Shown: positions 34,151 through 45,900 of the stretch, piece after piece
Numbering within the stretch: the stretch's first letter is position 1
How the letters are laid out: each line of letters opens with the position of its first letter
Origin: a virus
Strand: one strand, 5' to 3'
Length of the DNA: 64,000 nucleotides
IMG/VR virus record: IMGVR_UViG_3300021399_000152
Span: 1 to 64,000 of that record
Notes under the pieces: model-generated
What the model was told of the DNA's origin: nothing
The model's input: only the letters and a program-made list of their open reading frames with translations
Databases searched by the model: none
Program-made: the position numbers and the translations under genes

Positions 34151-36097
34151 TTATGCTGTACGTTTCCACATATAAACCGCTAAGTATGGCGGCATGTTGT
34201 TATGCGGAAGTGTAGTCTGTTCTGTAACCTGGCCGTTTTCATTAACTGTTAATCGTCCACCAGCAGGAGCTGTATATTGACGTATCTGAAGATCGCCCCA
34301 CTGCGAATTACTACCAAAACCGTAAATTGCATTTCCACTGTCTAATGCGAGTTTGCCAGATGTATCAGCAATATCTCGTATGGTAGCAAATCTCCAATTG
34401 CCACGATCATGATCATTTGATCCATACGGATTGTGCCTATGTACGGGCATTTCTTCTATATCCAATGTATGTTCTGCTTCGCCGCCAGTAGTCCCGTTAT
34501 TATATGTGCTGCCGCAAGCAAGCAAGAAAGTATCTTGGATTTGTACCCAAGTGCCGCCAAAAATGGTGCCTGGATTAATATCATTAACAGAAATATAGAT
34601 ACTTCCTACAGGATGAATGAGGTCCAGGATTTCCTGACCATGTGTATGGAATGTCCAACTTGGACTTAAATACACGCTGTTATCTGCAAAAGGATAAGCT
34701 CCGAAACCAAAAGCGTTATGTCCATGATCCCAGCGCATAAATACTTCTGCAGTGCCAATAGAATTCGCAGCAGAAGCAGAATTATTCAAAGCATCTGTGA
34801 CTGTTGCGAGAATTTTATATTGCGCATCAGGGCGAAAGCCACCATTAGCAGTGTCATCTGTTTCTGACGCATCAGCTGGATTGATCCGAAGCACGGTTGT
34901 TGAATCATTCAACACCGTAGTAACAGGCGGATTAAAGTCAAGCCACTCCGTCCCGTTGATGGGAGCATACTGGAATCGAACCTCAGCACTATTGTTGTCC
35001 GGCTCGGTATCATCGAATATTGTGTAATCAAAATGAATACGGCAAGCAATAAATGTACCATCTCTCTTTGAAACACCAGCTCTGTTGCAACGATAACAAG
35101 AAGCACTGATAGTTGGCGGACTATATGGCACAAATGTAATTGTAGTAGGCTGATATTCTCCTCCTACTTCCTCACCGGCAGTTATTGTGGTTGCCAAACC
35201 TCGAGTGCATGTCGCAGTAACATCAAATGTAAATGAACCATACACCGGGATAACAGTATCTGCAGCCCAGTCCCAAGTTTCACTATCTGCTCTTGCTGTA
35301 ATCTGGCTGCTTGGTACAGAAAGGTTAAGATTGCCGCCAGTTATATTAATGCTTGGGGCGCCACTCATAAAAGCTGGAGTGCATGTGCCACTAAAATGAA
35401 CAGATGTTGCACCAGCAAGGTTTCTTCCATGCCATTGACTAGCCGCCTGTACGGCAACATTGCCTGTAAGCAAAGGATTTATTTGCGGCAAGGTAAGAGT
35501 AATTGTTCTGCTTGTCTGCGAACCAATCTGGCGTGTGCCTTTATATGTTTTACATGTGATGGTCATGTTTGCACTGCTGCCAGTTGGAAATTGTGCACAT
35601 GCCTCGTAAATATTGTAAGATGCACTTGTAGCACCATTGTTTGTTGTAACAGTGCCGATAAAAGCACCGCACGTCCATGTAATAACATGGTGAATCTCAC
35701 TCATGTTCATCGTTGAATTACTAATGGTAACTTCGCTTGTAACACTTAGATTATTAATATCATTAGGAAAGGTAATATTGCTCGCATTAATTGTAGAAGC
35801 TGCTTCTACAGTATGATAATACAGAATAACAGTAGCAGTACACGAACCACCACTGGTTCCGCCTGCAAAAAATGTTTCACTGCCACTTGTACCACTGACA
35901 GCATAAGTGGATGATTGAGTGCCAGAAAGCTTCCATTGACCATTACGCCAATACAAGTATACTGACGCTGAACCGCCTTCACGTTTTACATATAAACTGT
36001 CAGCAGTGCAGCCTGCTGGCACGCTCCACGAAACCGTTTGAGCTCCTGCTCCAACCCAGTGGTTACTCCAATATGTAGTTGACCCCAACAATATCAC
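34151..36097 (-). CDS. receptor-binding protein with C-terminal phage tail-collar domain
   Basis: C-terminal 'GGEAEHTLDIEEMPVHRH' ... 'LPHNNMPPYLAVYMWKRT' matches tail-collar (T4 gp12 C-term-like) signature; start is GTG/TTG near 36097-36088. Confidence 0.7.
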   Translation of the reverse strand: MILLGSTTYWSNHWVGAGAQTVSWSVPAGCTADSLYVKREGGSASVYLYWRNGQWKLSGTQSSTYAVSGTSGSETFFAGGTSGGSCTATVILYYHTVEAASTINASNITFPNDINNLSVTSEVTISNSTMNMSEIHHVITWTCGAFIGTVTTNNGATSASYNIYEACAQFPTGSSANMTITCKTYKGTRQIGSQTSRTITLTLPQINPLLTGNVAVQAASQWHGRNLAGATSVHFSGTCTPAFMSGAPSINITGGNLNLSVPSSQITARADSETWDWAADTVIPVYGSFTFDVTATCTRGLATTITAGEEVGGEYQPTTITFVPYSPPTISASCYRCNRAGVSKRDGTFIACRIHFDYTIFDDTEPDNNSAEVRFQYAPINGTEWLDFNPPVTTVLNDSTTVLRINPADASETDDTANGGFRPDAQYKILATVTDALNNSASAANSIGTAEVFMRWDHGHNAFGFGAYPFADNSVYLSPSWTFHTHGQEILDLIHPVGSIYISVNDINPGTIFGGTWVQIQDTFLLACGSTYNNGTTGGEAEHTLDIEEMPVHRHNPYGSNDHDRGNWRFATIRDIADTSGKLALDSGNAIYGFGSNSQWGDLQIRQYTAPAGGRLTVNENGQVTEQTTLPHNNMPPYLAVYMWKRTA

Positions 36098-36106
36098 CCT
36101 TTCTTA

Positions 36107-39100
36107 TTATGGATTTTGCTGGCTCCAGACCCAGTTGATAGAGCCATTTGATTCATCAATGATTGCGTTAAGGTCGCCGATCTTAAAGCCATGAATAAAT
36201 TCACCTTGGTCAATAAATAGTTTTTGATCGTTAATGTATGCAACTTTTTGCGAACCTTCTTTAAATGCCAGCTCTCTGTTTGTAAGCTCTGCACTGAAGT
36301 CGCTCGTATTAGTGCCGAGCCTCAACACAGGAGCACCTGACTGATCTTGCTCAGCATGAATCCATGCTACAGCATCGTGTAAAGCATCAGCTGTTTCAAT
36401 TGTCACGCGAAGATCTGACTTGGTTTGGTTGATCGTTGTTCTTTGTAATGCATCTAATGTATTTGTAAATGTACTATGCTCTATTACTGTTTGTGTAATA
36501 TTATCCGGTTGCAATTGTATCTCTGCGTCTGTAACACGCTGCGCTATATTATTGAGATCATTCGTTGTCTGATTGTAAGCTTCGTTCAAAGAATTAATAA
36601 TTGGCTCAGAATAAACTGTAGCGTTAATGCCTTTCTCAAGCTTACAATGGTATATAAATATTTTAGCTTTATCTTTTTCTTCTACTGCTGACATAGCTTC
36701 GCTGTTCGCTGTTGCAGAAAACTTAACAGTAATAATATCAGACGTTGCCTTAAACGGAATAGTGATATACTGATATGTTTCGATTGTACCAGTAGGTTCA
36801 TATGTTATCTCAATAGGAAGCTGCGTCTCATACGGTTCAACAGCTACGCCATCTTCTCCAAGAATTGTGACGGAGCATTGCGTGTTGTGCAGTGTTGCAG
36901 CATAACAGCTGAATGTATAATATTCTCCGGCAACAACATTAGCACCAACATGCTCAATGCCGTATGGCATAGTCGTGCCAGTAGGTATCACAGCAAGTGT
37001 ATTGCACGAAGGATCTGTACGTGTAATAGAGTATTCGTTTACTGTCTCTGCATTATATATTTCTGTGAATCGACCAGGGTTCATTGTACTGTTGCTGACG
37101 ACAGCATCGGCTTGGAATGGTTCCCACTTTTGGTCAACGCCAACGACACCGGTCGAGCTGTATGTTGCGAAGCCGCCATTTGGCAAGATGTTGGCGCCGA
37201 TCATTGGGTCTGGCAAGCTTGATGCAACCCACTCTGTAGCGACATTGCCGGTCTGAACCATCAGCAAACGAATAGTTAGCTGAGTGTTATCTCTATACGG
37301 AACAACATTGATGGTAAGATTCATTGGTGGTGTTGCAGGCATTTGTACATTAGTGAATGGTGCAACAATTTTTGATTCATATAATTGCCCAACATAAGAA
37401 GTCATGACAGGAGTGCCGGTCATGCTGACATTTAGAGTAGCACTTTGAGTGCATGTTGCCACAAATGATACGGTATAGTCGCCAGATGCTTTAATCATAT
37501 GCAGCGGTAGTGTCATTGTGACACCAGCTCTAGGAATGTTTGACAATGTGATGCCATTATAGATGTTCTTTACGCACACAACACTGGCGTTATCTACAGT
37601 GGGGTTGTCATACGATTCAGCATACAAGTTAGTCTGACGAGTATTCTCAACAGAAGAAACCTTCTGGGAGATGTATCGTGGGTTTACATCGAGCACAGCC
37701 CGCTCAAGATTATGAACGTTGTCCTCAATATCATCTCGGCATTTGGAGAACTCCGTAGGGATTTCACCAAACTCAACCTTTGGCGAATGATAATTGATTA
37801 ACTGTGTTGTGCTTCCGTCAATGTATATGCCAAGCTTTGTTGCATTTGGAGGAAGGGTTGCGGAAACGGTCGACCATCCTTCGTTACCAGCAGCAATTTC
37901 GTTGCCATAATAATGAGTTGCTGTGTCACCAACATACACAACCAGATGTGCCCTGACAGTTGGCACAGGGTCCGGCATTGGTTCGATCAAAGAATTCTGA
38001 ATAAACACTCTGTACACGATAGAGTCAGAAGCCATCTCTGAATCTGTGAGATTAATGTTATTCAGCAAGTATGGAGTGTGAGCAAAGCGAGGTTCGGTCG
38101 ATGCACCTCGAAGCAAGTTGTCGCCATTTGAGTAATCGGTTTCATAGATCGCTGTATCGGCAACAATCTTAATGGACTGGTTGCCAACAAGGTTCAGTTC
38201 AGAGCCGACAGGTGCAGCGATCATTTCTGTTGTAATCGTGCCAGCCTCGATGAGGTTCGCCTTGATGTGACCACTCGTGATCAGGTCGGCAGTGAACCCT
38301 TCGCCAGTACCAAACGTGCGCCAGTTCCAGTCGCCGTCCTCATTCTTAGTGCTAGCCAAGCAGAAGCCTGCGCCGGTTAGCTTCATTGCGGACGAACCAT
38401 CAGACGTTTCAAAGATCCAGTTGCCGCGATCATCTTGATACACGTTTGATGTAGCGTTCGAAAGCTTCACCCTGTCGAGATCAAACTGGCCTTCGATATT
38501 CTCAGCGAGAATACGGTTGTATCTTCCGATCACAGCAGAGCGAGCGAACATTGTTTCGCGCCCACTAACACTGTTGGCAACCTCTGCGATATGAGCCATG
38601 ACATCTGCGAATGAGTGCTGGCCCATTGTCGTAAGGTTTGTGTTGATCTGGATCTGTGTCTTCCAAGGCTGATCAAGGCATGGCTTGAAGGTATCAATGT
38701 ATGCCCACTTGCTGATGCCTGTGTCATCGTCGATGAGGTGAGCGGCGGACCTTATTGTGACATGTTGATATTCTGGCAACATACCGTTGCTGGACTCAAT
38801 GGTGGCATTGCGGTAATCGACAAAGCTGATATTGTAAGTCTCTTCGGGATGCGAGATATGTTGCAGAGTTTTGAGAGCGTCATCGTAAAGCTTCTGTTCG
38901 TCGCCATCGACATAGGTTTCTTTCTGCCACCAACCTTCACGATACATCGAACCAAGCATGTTTGTCATAGTGTTCTGCCGCTGCTTTGAATTTTCCTGTG
39001 CTTGTATAAGAGCACTGCGATATACACCATAAGCATCATCAGCTGCATCAGCAAATGCTTTCAGCTGTGTGAGCAAACCTTTTCTTACACCGCTGCCAAT

Positions 39101-41830
39101 GACAAGTTCGCTATCAAGAATGTTATAGGTGTCGTTCTCAGCCGAAACGATGTTAAGGTAGTTACGAGCATGCAGACTGAAGCCAGATGAGATATTCATT
39201 GATGTTGCGATCCGAACAAAGCGAGCGTTCTCAGGTGTACTGAATGATCCGTTGTCAGACATGTCGAGAGAAGTGAAGCCGAGATAATGTCCCTTCTCAT
39301 TGTAGAAGCAGGCTGTACCGCTGCCAGCAATATTTGTTTCATAAGTAAGCTTCGGATAAATGCGGATATTCTTTGTTGCATACATCCCTGTAATCTCGAT
39401 CTCGCCGCCAGTCGAAGTGTCAAGTGATGTGTTCGTAGTGATCGCAACATTTGTTGCACCATTCTCTGGATGATAGAAGAGCGAATCAAACTGGAAGTGT
39501 TTTACTTCGATGACTTTGTCTTCTTCGTTCTCGTCAGTACTGTGCACGGTGATCTGCTTATGCGTTGAATCATAAGTCAGGGTCGAGCCATCAGGCAGAG
39601 CTTTATCAATGGTGAACAACCAGAACACACCATAATTCGAATCAATGGCATAATTGCCAGCAGGCAGTGTTCCTGTCACAGTGTAGGTGTATGTCTGGAA
39701 GTAACCATCGTAATAACTTTGTCTGCGTAGAGCAGCACTGATCACACGGTCGAAGCGGGAAGAGATCTCAAGCTCGCGACCTTCTTTGAATTCATGCCAT
39801 GTGCCGCTGTCTGTACCATAGCGCAGCACTTTGTCGCGCCAGTTGTAATGATAATAACCCGGCGTGGGGGAGGGCGTTACATCGTCGTAGTACACACGAG
39901 TCCACGGGCTCAGAGCATTGTTGCGCGGAGCATAAGAAAAGTACAGCTCGCGAAGAGGCGTGAAGACATTGTTCTCGACCTTGCCATATTTCCACCACCA
40001 ACCGTATGATGGGTTCTCACTGTACTCAAGCTGGTCCGACACACCGATACCATCACGAGAGGGCTCGGTTGTTGAGAAGTAAGTCGGATGGATCGTTGTG
40101 ATATCCTTGTTGCCTTCATCAAGAGACTCTTCAAGGCTGAGCACAGAGTCTTCGGCTGCACTGAGGTAACCGCGAGCACTGTTGCTCTTCATCACGTAGA
40201 CTCTCGCGCCATTGAAGTAACCTTGCTTGTATTGGTCCCACAGAACAATTGAGTCTTCTTCCTGCGAACCACTCTTGATATAATACTTTTCAAAAGTCAG
40301 CTTCTGTATATCATCAACGTTGCGAATGATATACACAATGGACGCACCAGAGTTCATTGCCGTACCATCTGTTTTGAGAGATGTTGCGGGGCGCCATGTG
40401 AAGCGGTCCTTCTCTTTCTTCATGTATTCGGTTGTGTAAGCAATGCCGCCAAAGTTAATGCGAGTGCTGCCGTCCTCATTCGTAAAGGTTGGGTTGCTCA
40501 GCTTCACAAAATCAACCGAACCAACGATCTGTGAAAGCTCATCGAGCTTTTCAGACATACGAGCCGAAGCATTGCTCACATCATCAAGGTAACCGGGAGC
40601 TTCGCGCTGATAGCTCGCAACAGCCTGAAGCATTGCATCATCGAATAAGCCGACCTCATCGTAATAAGAGAAGTCCATCATGGAGGAAAACATATTCTGG
40701 ACTTCTTTCTTTTCGCTGAGGTTCAATGGTATGGGGTTGTTTGTCTTTGGTTCACTGTAAACCTTGTATGCCCGGGAACCATCCCATACATACATCATGC
40801 TTGCTGGATCGAAGTTGGAGTAGACAACCGTGGGGTTGATATGTGTTCCAGCGGTAAAGTAACGAACAATGTCATTGTTCCTTGCGTCTTGATAAGTGAT
40901 GGAGTATTCGTTTCCTGCCTGAGCATTCTCAATAACATACACCCATTCTGTATGCTTGAGCTCATCAATGCCGCAATAGCCTGTTGCAACATCGCCATAT
41001 GAACCATACGCATACAGTCGCGTGACCATATTATCTGTGTCCATACTTTTGGCAACACTCTTGATGTTCTTGCCATAGTGCAGCTCGAACACACCATCAG
41101 CGTTGCGCTCAGTAACATCAGGCAGACCACCATTGACCGGCTCTTCGAACGGGTTCATATGCACAAGATCGACGGTGTTATTCTCACCGTGGAAGATCGC
41201 CTTTGCTTCAAACAAGTCGGCAATCTTTGTAATCAGCGTATAAGATCCGGTCCGCTCACTGGCGATCAGTGTTCGATACTTTGGCGAACCATCTTTTTCA
41301 ACGAAGTTCTCGACAAAGCCAGCTGCCCAACCAGTACCATCGAGGACAGTATCGAGCAACTGTTTAGCCGTGCCAACATTATTGCCTTCTTTATCAGAGA
41401 AGACCAAGCCAAGGTTCTTCGTTTTCAGGATCTGAGACACATGGTTCGCCTTGACAGAAACATTGACTGTGAAGTTTTCGTGAGAGATGCGAGGTTGCGA
41501 TATGATATACCAGTCAACCTTGTCTCGCACGAATCGATATCCGTCGCCATCTCGCACAGCGTGTGATTCGAGCAGACCATTACCATCATCATCTGTTGCA
41601 TAAAGGCGCAGCTTGTATTCTGGCTTGATATAGTCAAGGCGAAAGTTGCGCTGCTGCGGACCTTCGCCAACTTCCATTACACCGGGGATAACAAAGTTCA
41701 GCTCTTTCCAACCATTGCGCTGTGTAGTAGGAATGATGTCGTGGGCCTGACCAGAGACAGAGCTTGAACTATCATACAGAGAACAAAGAACATGACCAGC
41801 GTAATCGCATACGTCAAGCGTGACCTTCAT
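36107..41830 (-). CDS. tail-associated lysin/central fibre (Tal-like), ~1,908 aa
   Basis: Start ATG 41830 after AAAGGAG; N-terminus MKVTLDVCDYAGHVL...FRLDYIKPEYKLRLYATDDDGNG typical of siphovirus Tal N-terminal domain; directly downstream of Dit. Confidence 0.7.
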   Translation of the reverse strand: MKVTLDVCDYAGHVLCSLYDSSSSVSGQAHDIIPTTQRNGWKELNFVIPGVMEVGEGPQQRNFRLDYIKPEYKLRLYATDDDGNGLLESHAVRDGDGYRFVRDKVDWYIISQPRISHENFTVNVSVKANHVSQILKTKNLGLVFSDKEGNNVGTAKQLLDTVLDGTGWAAGFVENFVEKDGSPKYRTLIASERTGSYTLITKIADLFEAKAIFHGENNTVDLVHMNPFEEPVNGGLPDVTERNADGVFELHYGKNIKSVAKSMDTDNMVTRLYAYGSYGDVATGYCGIDELKHTEWVYVIENAQAGNEYSITYQDARNNDIVRYFTAGTHINPTVVYSNFDPASMMYVWDGSRAYKVYSEPKTNNPIPLNLSEKKEVQNMFSSMMDFSYYDEVGLFDDAMLQAVASYQREAPGYLDDVSNASARMSEKLDELSQIVGSVDFVKLSNPTFTNEDGSTRINFGGIAYTTEYMKKEKDRFTWRPATSLKTDGTAMNSGASIVYIIRNVDDIQKLTFEKYYIKSGSQEEDSIVLWDQYKQGYFNGARVYVMKSNSARGYLSAAEDSVLSLEESLDEGNKDITTIHPTYFSTTEPSRDGIGVSDQLEYSENPSYGWWWKYGKVENNVFTPLRELYFSYAPRNNALSPWTRVYYDDVTPSPTPGYYHYNWRDKVLRYGTDSGTWHEFKEGRELEISSRFDRVISAALRRQSYYDGYFQTYTYTVTGTLPAGNYAIDSNYGVFWLFTIDKALPDGSTLTYDSTHKQITVHSTDENEEDKVIEVKHFQFDSLFYHPENGATNVAITTNTSLDTSTGGEIEITGMYATKNIRIYPKLTYETNIAGSGTACFYNEKGHYLGFTSLDMSDNGSFSTPENARFVRIATSMNISSGFSLHARNYLNIVSAENDTYNILDSELVIGSGVRKGLLTQLKAFADAADDAYGVYRSALIQAQENSKQRQNTMTNMLGSMYREGWWQKETYVDGDEQKLYDDALKTLQHISHPEETYNISFVDYRNATIESSNGMLPEYQHVTIRSAAHLIDDDTGISKWAYIDTFKPCLDQPWKTQIQINTNLTTMGQHSFADVMAHIAEVANSVSGRETMFARSAVIGRYNRILAENIEGQFDLDRVKLSNATSNVYQDDRGNWIFETSDGSSAMKLTGAGFCLASTKNEDGDWNWRTFGTGEGFTADLITSGHIKANLIEAGTITTEMIAAPVGSELNLVGNQSIKIVADTAIYETDYSNGDNLLRGASTEPRFAHTPYLLNNINLTDSEMASDSIVYRVFIQNSLIEPMPDPVPTVRAHLVVYVGDTATHYYGNEIAAGNEGWSTVSATLPPNATKLGIYIDGSTTQLINYHSPKVEFGEIPTEFSKCRDDIEDNVHNLERAVLDVNPRYISQKVSSVENTRQTNLYAESYDNPTVDNASVVCVKNIYNGITLSNIPRAGVTMTLPLHMIKASGDYTVSFVATCTQSATLNVSMTGTPVMTSYVGQLYESKIVAPFTNVQMPATPPMNLTINVVPYRDNTQLTIRLLMVQTGNVATEWVASSLPDPMIGANILPNGGFATYSSTGVVGVDQKWEPFQADAVVSNSTMNPGRFTEIYNAETVNEYSITRTDPSCNTLAVIPTGTTMPYGIEHVGANVVAGEYYTFSCYAATLHNTQCSVTILGEDGVAVEPYETQLPIEITYEPTGTIETYQYITIPFKATSDIITVKFSATANSEAMSAVEEKDKAKIFIYHCKLEKGINATVYSEPIINSLNEAYNQTTNDLNNIAQRVTDAEIQLQPDNITQTVIEHSTFTNTLDALQRTTINQTKSDLRVTIETADALHDAVAWIHAEQDQSGAPVLRLGTNTSDFSAELTNRELAFKEGSQKVAYINDQKLFIDQGEFIHGFKIGDLNAIIDESNGSINWVWSQQNP

Positions 41831-41843
41831 GACATCATCTCCT

Positions 41844-42935
41844 TTACATGAATGTGGGTGAGTACACAAACTTTAGCCGATCAATTGACATGGTCGTGAT
41901 CGGCGTGATCCAGATATCATCTGTATCAACAATGCGTATATTGTCGTAACTGGTGATAACTCCTTCGCCGATAAAACTGCGAAGAAATATATTATTGTTT
42001 TCCAGCCCCGTTATTTTATAAGGTTTATTCTGAACGACAGCATACTTTCCTATGACATCGTTTGACAAAGGTTTATCAATCTCTAAGCCGAGTTGATCAG
42101 TTTGCGCATCTATAATTAGCTGTCCATGCAAATTACTTGCTAGCGTTCTTGCAGGCGAAATCTGCACGAAGCCACGATCATGCCAAAGATATTTCATATC
42201 TTTATCAGTGCCATTCGTCAGATAGCAATAGCCGTTCAAGCTATCACACACATAGTACTTACCAGCCTGTGTCGTTTCTGCTGCGCTCATTGCCACGATC
42301 TTACAAGTCTGCCCAGTTGTCCTGTTCTCGATGAGCACACCTTGCCCAACATCACCAGCAATTTCCAAGGCAACATCTGCTGTTTCGTTACCGGGGTTCA
42401 TCACATGCAACTGTGTTTCTGCAGTGAGGTTCGTGTATTCGATAGGGAAGGCGCCAGTCATATTCACGAACATGTTTGAATTCGCTACGATATCATCGTA
42501 ATATGGATCATTTTGATCAAGATTTAAAAACTCACAGCGACCAAACGGATAGAAGCACTGCATACGGATCGTGATCATACCGTTAAACTTATTCGTAAGC
42601 TGCGTGTCATCGTAGCTCGTAATGGTCGCGTTATAATAAACCCAAGGCCGCCGCCCAAGCACGAGCTTGCCGGTCGCGCCGACCCTGTAAAAGCTCTCGA
42701 CTTGGGACAGGATACCTTCGGTAATTTTCGATTCTTCAAAAAACATACGAAGCACAATTTCTTTGGGCTTCTTTGTTGCACCATAGAAGTAACCACCATG
42801 GTGACCATCAAAAGTCTGCGAATGTATGTTCGAGGTTGTTGGCCTCCAGACATACATGTCACGAATGTCAGGAGCATACCTGAGGCCAAACTCACCACAG
42901 GAAACACCATTAAATGTGAAGGTCGATAATTCCAC
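41844..42935 (-). CDS. distal tail protein (Dit)
   Basis: N-terminal 'FTFNGVSCGEFGLRY' Dit signature; position between TMP and Tal. Confidence 0.7.
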   Translation of the reverse strand: MELSTFTFNGVSCGEFGLRYAPDIRDMYVWRPTTSNIHSQTFDGHHGGYFYGATKKPKEIVLRMFFEESKITEGILSQVESFYRVGATGKLVLGRRPWVYYNATITSYDDTQLTNKFNGMITIRMQCFYPFGRCEFLNLDQNDPYYDDIVANSNMFVNMTGAFPIEYTNLTAETQLHVMNPGNETADVALEIAGDVGQGVLIENRTTGQTCKIVAMSAAETTQAGKYYVCDSLNGYCYLTNGTDKDMKYLWHDRGFVQISPARTLASNLHGQLIIDAQTDQLGLEIDKPLSNDVIGKYAVVQNKPYKITGLENNNIFLRSFIGEGVITSYDNIRIVDTDDIWITPITTMSIDRLKFVYSPTFM

Positions 42936-42994
42936 GCCTCATCATCTCCTAAGTAATACGAGGGATCGCAAAAGCGCGACCCCTCGTATAAGAA

Positions 42995-45900
42995 TTAAAA
43001 ACTAAATTTACTTGTACTGAGTCCTTGCATACTGAGGTCCTTAACGAACTCGCGACCAATCCGAACAGCAAGCTCTTCGAAATCAGCCTCATTGTTGATC
43101 TGGTTCGTGTTGATGTTGATGTCGCCGACCGTAACACGGGCGCCACTTGCCAGAGAAGAGTCGTCATAAATATGACGCACAAAACTGCTGGTGTTAATCT
43201 GCTTGAAAGAGGCAACCATAGTACGCATATCCTGCATGAAGCCACTATCGAGAATGCCGCGCATGGTATTGCGGTCTTCATTATCAAGGAAGGCTTCTGG
43301 CTTGGCGGGCGTGCCGTGAACCATAGCAAGACCAGTGTACTTGACTTCGCCGCCTTCGGAGAAGGGCACTGCATTAAGTCGGTTATTGTTTGCATTTGTG
43401 CTCGTCTTGGTCGGCTTTGCTTGTTGAGCAGTTGGCACGACTCGTTTTACCGTGTAACCCTCATTATATGCTATAAGATTTAAATATTGTTGTGCTCTGG
43501 CTTGGCTGTTAAATGTCTTAACAAGTCTGCCTGTATCGCTATATACACCCCATGTAGATGTTGAATTATTGGTTGTAGTGCTTGGAGAATTTGGACTACC
43601 GGGTCCACCACCACTACCACCTGAACCACCACCGCCGCCGCTTTCGCCGCCGACGTAGTCTGCGAACTCTTCGTCATCATGATGATAAGTTGCCCAGTCT
43701 TCACGCGTTCTCAAATAATACAGATAGCTGCCACTATTAACAGCATCAAGCCATTGATAGAGCAACTCTTCTTTTTCGGTTTCTGAAGCGTTCTTGTATT
43801 GGTCGCTCTCCATCATGAATGCCTTGAAGATATCCTTCCTCGAGAGGATCTGATTAACCTGATCCCAATACGTATCAGTGATGCCAAGCATCTGCTTGTA
43901 CGTATCTTCCCAGCTCTGGACCATCTGGGTTTGAGCGTCTTCAAGACTGTGAGAGTATTCTTTTACGTTGTTCTTCAGCCACTTGAACATATCTTCCTGA
44001 TTCATCTGCATAACTTTGGCAACATCTGTTGAGAAGTTATTTGCATCTTCAAGAAGAAGCTCAAGGTCTTCGTCACCATACTGCTCGTATTTCTCAACAC
44101 CTTTGATCTGGTCGTCGAGAGATTCCTTCTGGGCGTTCGCTTCTTGCTCAGCTGTTTTCCATGCAAGCTCGTCCTCTGTTTCGGCAATCTTCTTACGAAG
44201 TTCTGCTGCATCCTTGGTACGAGTGGAGTCCATGCTGATCAGCGCGAGCTGTCTGCGATACTCGGCAAGCTCTTCATACTTCTTCGCTTCATCTTCTGCA
44301 TCCTTGCGCATCTGCAAGCGTTTGTCGATCAAGCTCTTTTCTTCTTCGAGAGCTTCGCGCTTCTTTTCGAGATCCTTTTTAATTAAATCCCACTCTTCTT
44401 GATGCCTTTGCCTGATAGCTTCAAGAATGGTATCCTGCATTTCAACGGAAGCAGAAAGCATTTCACGCTGTTTCTGGATACGGGCTTCGATCTCTTGGAC
44501 GACCAAGTCTTCAAGATCTGTACGAGCTTTACGAATTGCAGAGTTGTTCTGCTGAATCTTCAGGGTGTTAGCTGTGATCGTATTGTTTGTCTGGTCGAGC
44601 TCTTCCTCATACTTGAGAATTTGTTCATACAGTTTCTGCCAGTCATCAGAACCACGATCAACGGTCTTGAGCTGATTGCGAAGATCAACGATATTTTTGG
44701 AAAGCCGTGAAGCTTTATCTTTCTGTAAAGTGTTTTCGTATTCGATCATATTGTTCTCATTACTGAGCATACCAAGTTGATTATATTTCTGTTCTTGTAA
44801 TTGTGTCATCTTAATACGGTGATCAGCTATGGTGATACGGTTCTTCACATTCTGGAGAAGCTTATCTGTTGCAGACTTCTCTTTATTACCGCCACCGCCG
44901 CCTCCGCCTCCACCGCCGTGGTATGCGCCGGTATTATTCAGTGCGCCAGTAACTGTTGCACCTTTGAGAGCATTCAACACAGTTTCTACAGTGATCTCTT
45001 CACCGTTTTCATGAATTTTGAGAGCAAGTGTGCCGACCAATCCAGCATAGTTTGCCAGCTCTGCAAGACCAGCATCCTGCAAAGACTTAGCTACAGCTGC
45101 AACTTCACTTGCATCGATCTGACCATCAGCAAGTACTTTAAAGTTAATAAGCTGTGTGATATCTACACCATTATTTGCAGCTGATTCAAGACCCTGAATG
45201 AGACGTTGCTTAATTGTTTCGCCAACGCTATTGAGGTAACCCTCATTAGCCGCTGCTTCCATACTGTCAGCAAGCTTAGCCATTTCTTCTGCGCTCATTT
45301 TCTTGAGGTCTTGTTCATCAAGTTCTGTTGCACCAGCAATGACCTTGAGATCAGCAGATTTCAAACCTTTGCCAGCAACGCCCTTACCATTTTTGCCACG
45401 CATTTTATTTGCGGCTATTGCCATATCTCCGTATTTGTTCATTTGCTTGATCATGCTTGATGTAGTCTTCAGAGCAGAAGCTGCGTTCTTGTCTAAGCCT
45501 TCAAGGTTGTTTTTAACTTCATCGCTATAGTCGCCGAATTGTTTCATTGAATTAATGCCGCCATTACGAAGTGTGTTGAAAAGAGCATTGAATACAGTTT
45601 GGCTATCTGCACCTTCTGTATTCAGCAGTTTAAGAGCTTCAGCACCACCATCAAGACTTTGGATCCATTGCTGTAAACCAGTAGTGTCGCCAGCAAGATA
45701 GTTGTTGAATGCTGCGACATCGAACACACCAGCGTCAGCACCGCCAAGGAATGATAAAGCGCCATTATTCTGAGCCCAAGTATCGAGCTGTCCCATACGT
45801 GCAGAATACATTCCATCATAACCAAGAGCTGCATACGAAGAGGCTGCTCTTGCGCGAGCTTCGATCACATCATAATCAGCACCACTTGCAAACTTGAGCG

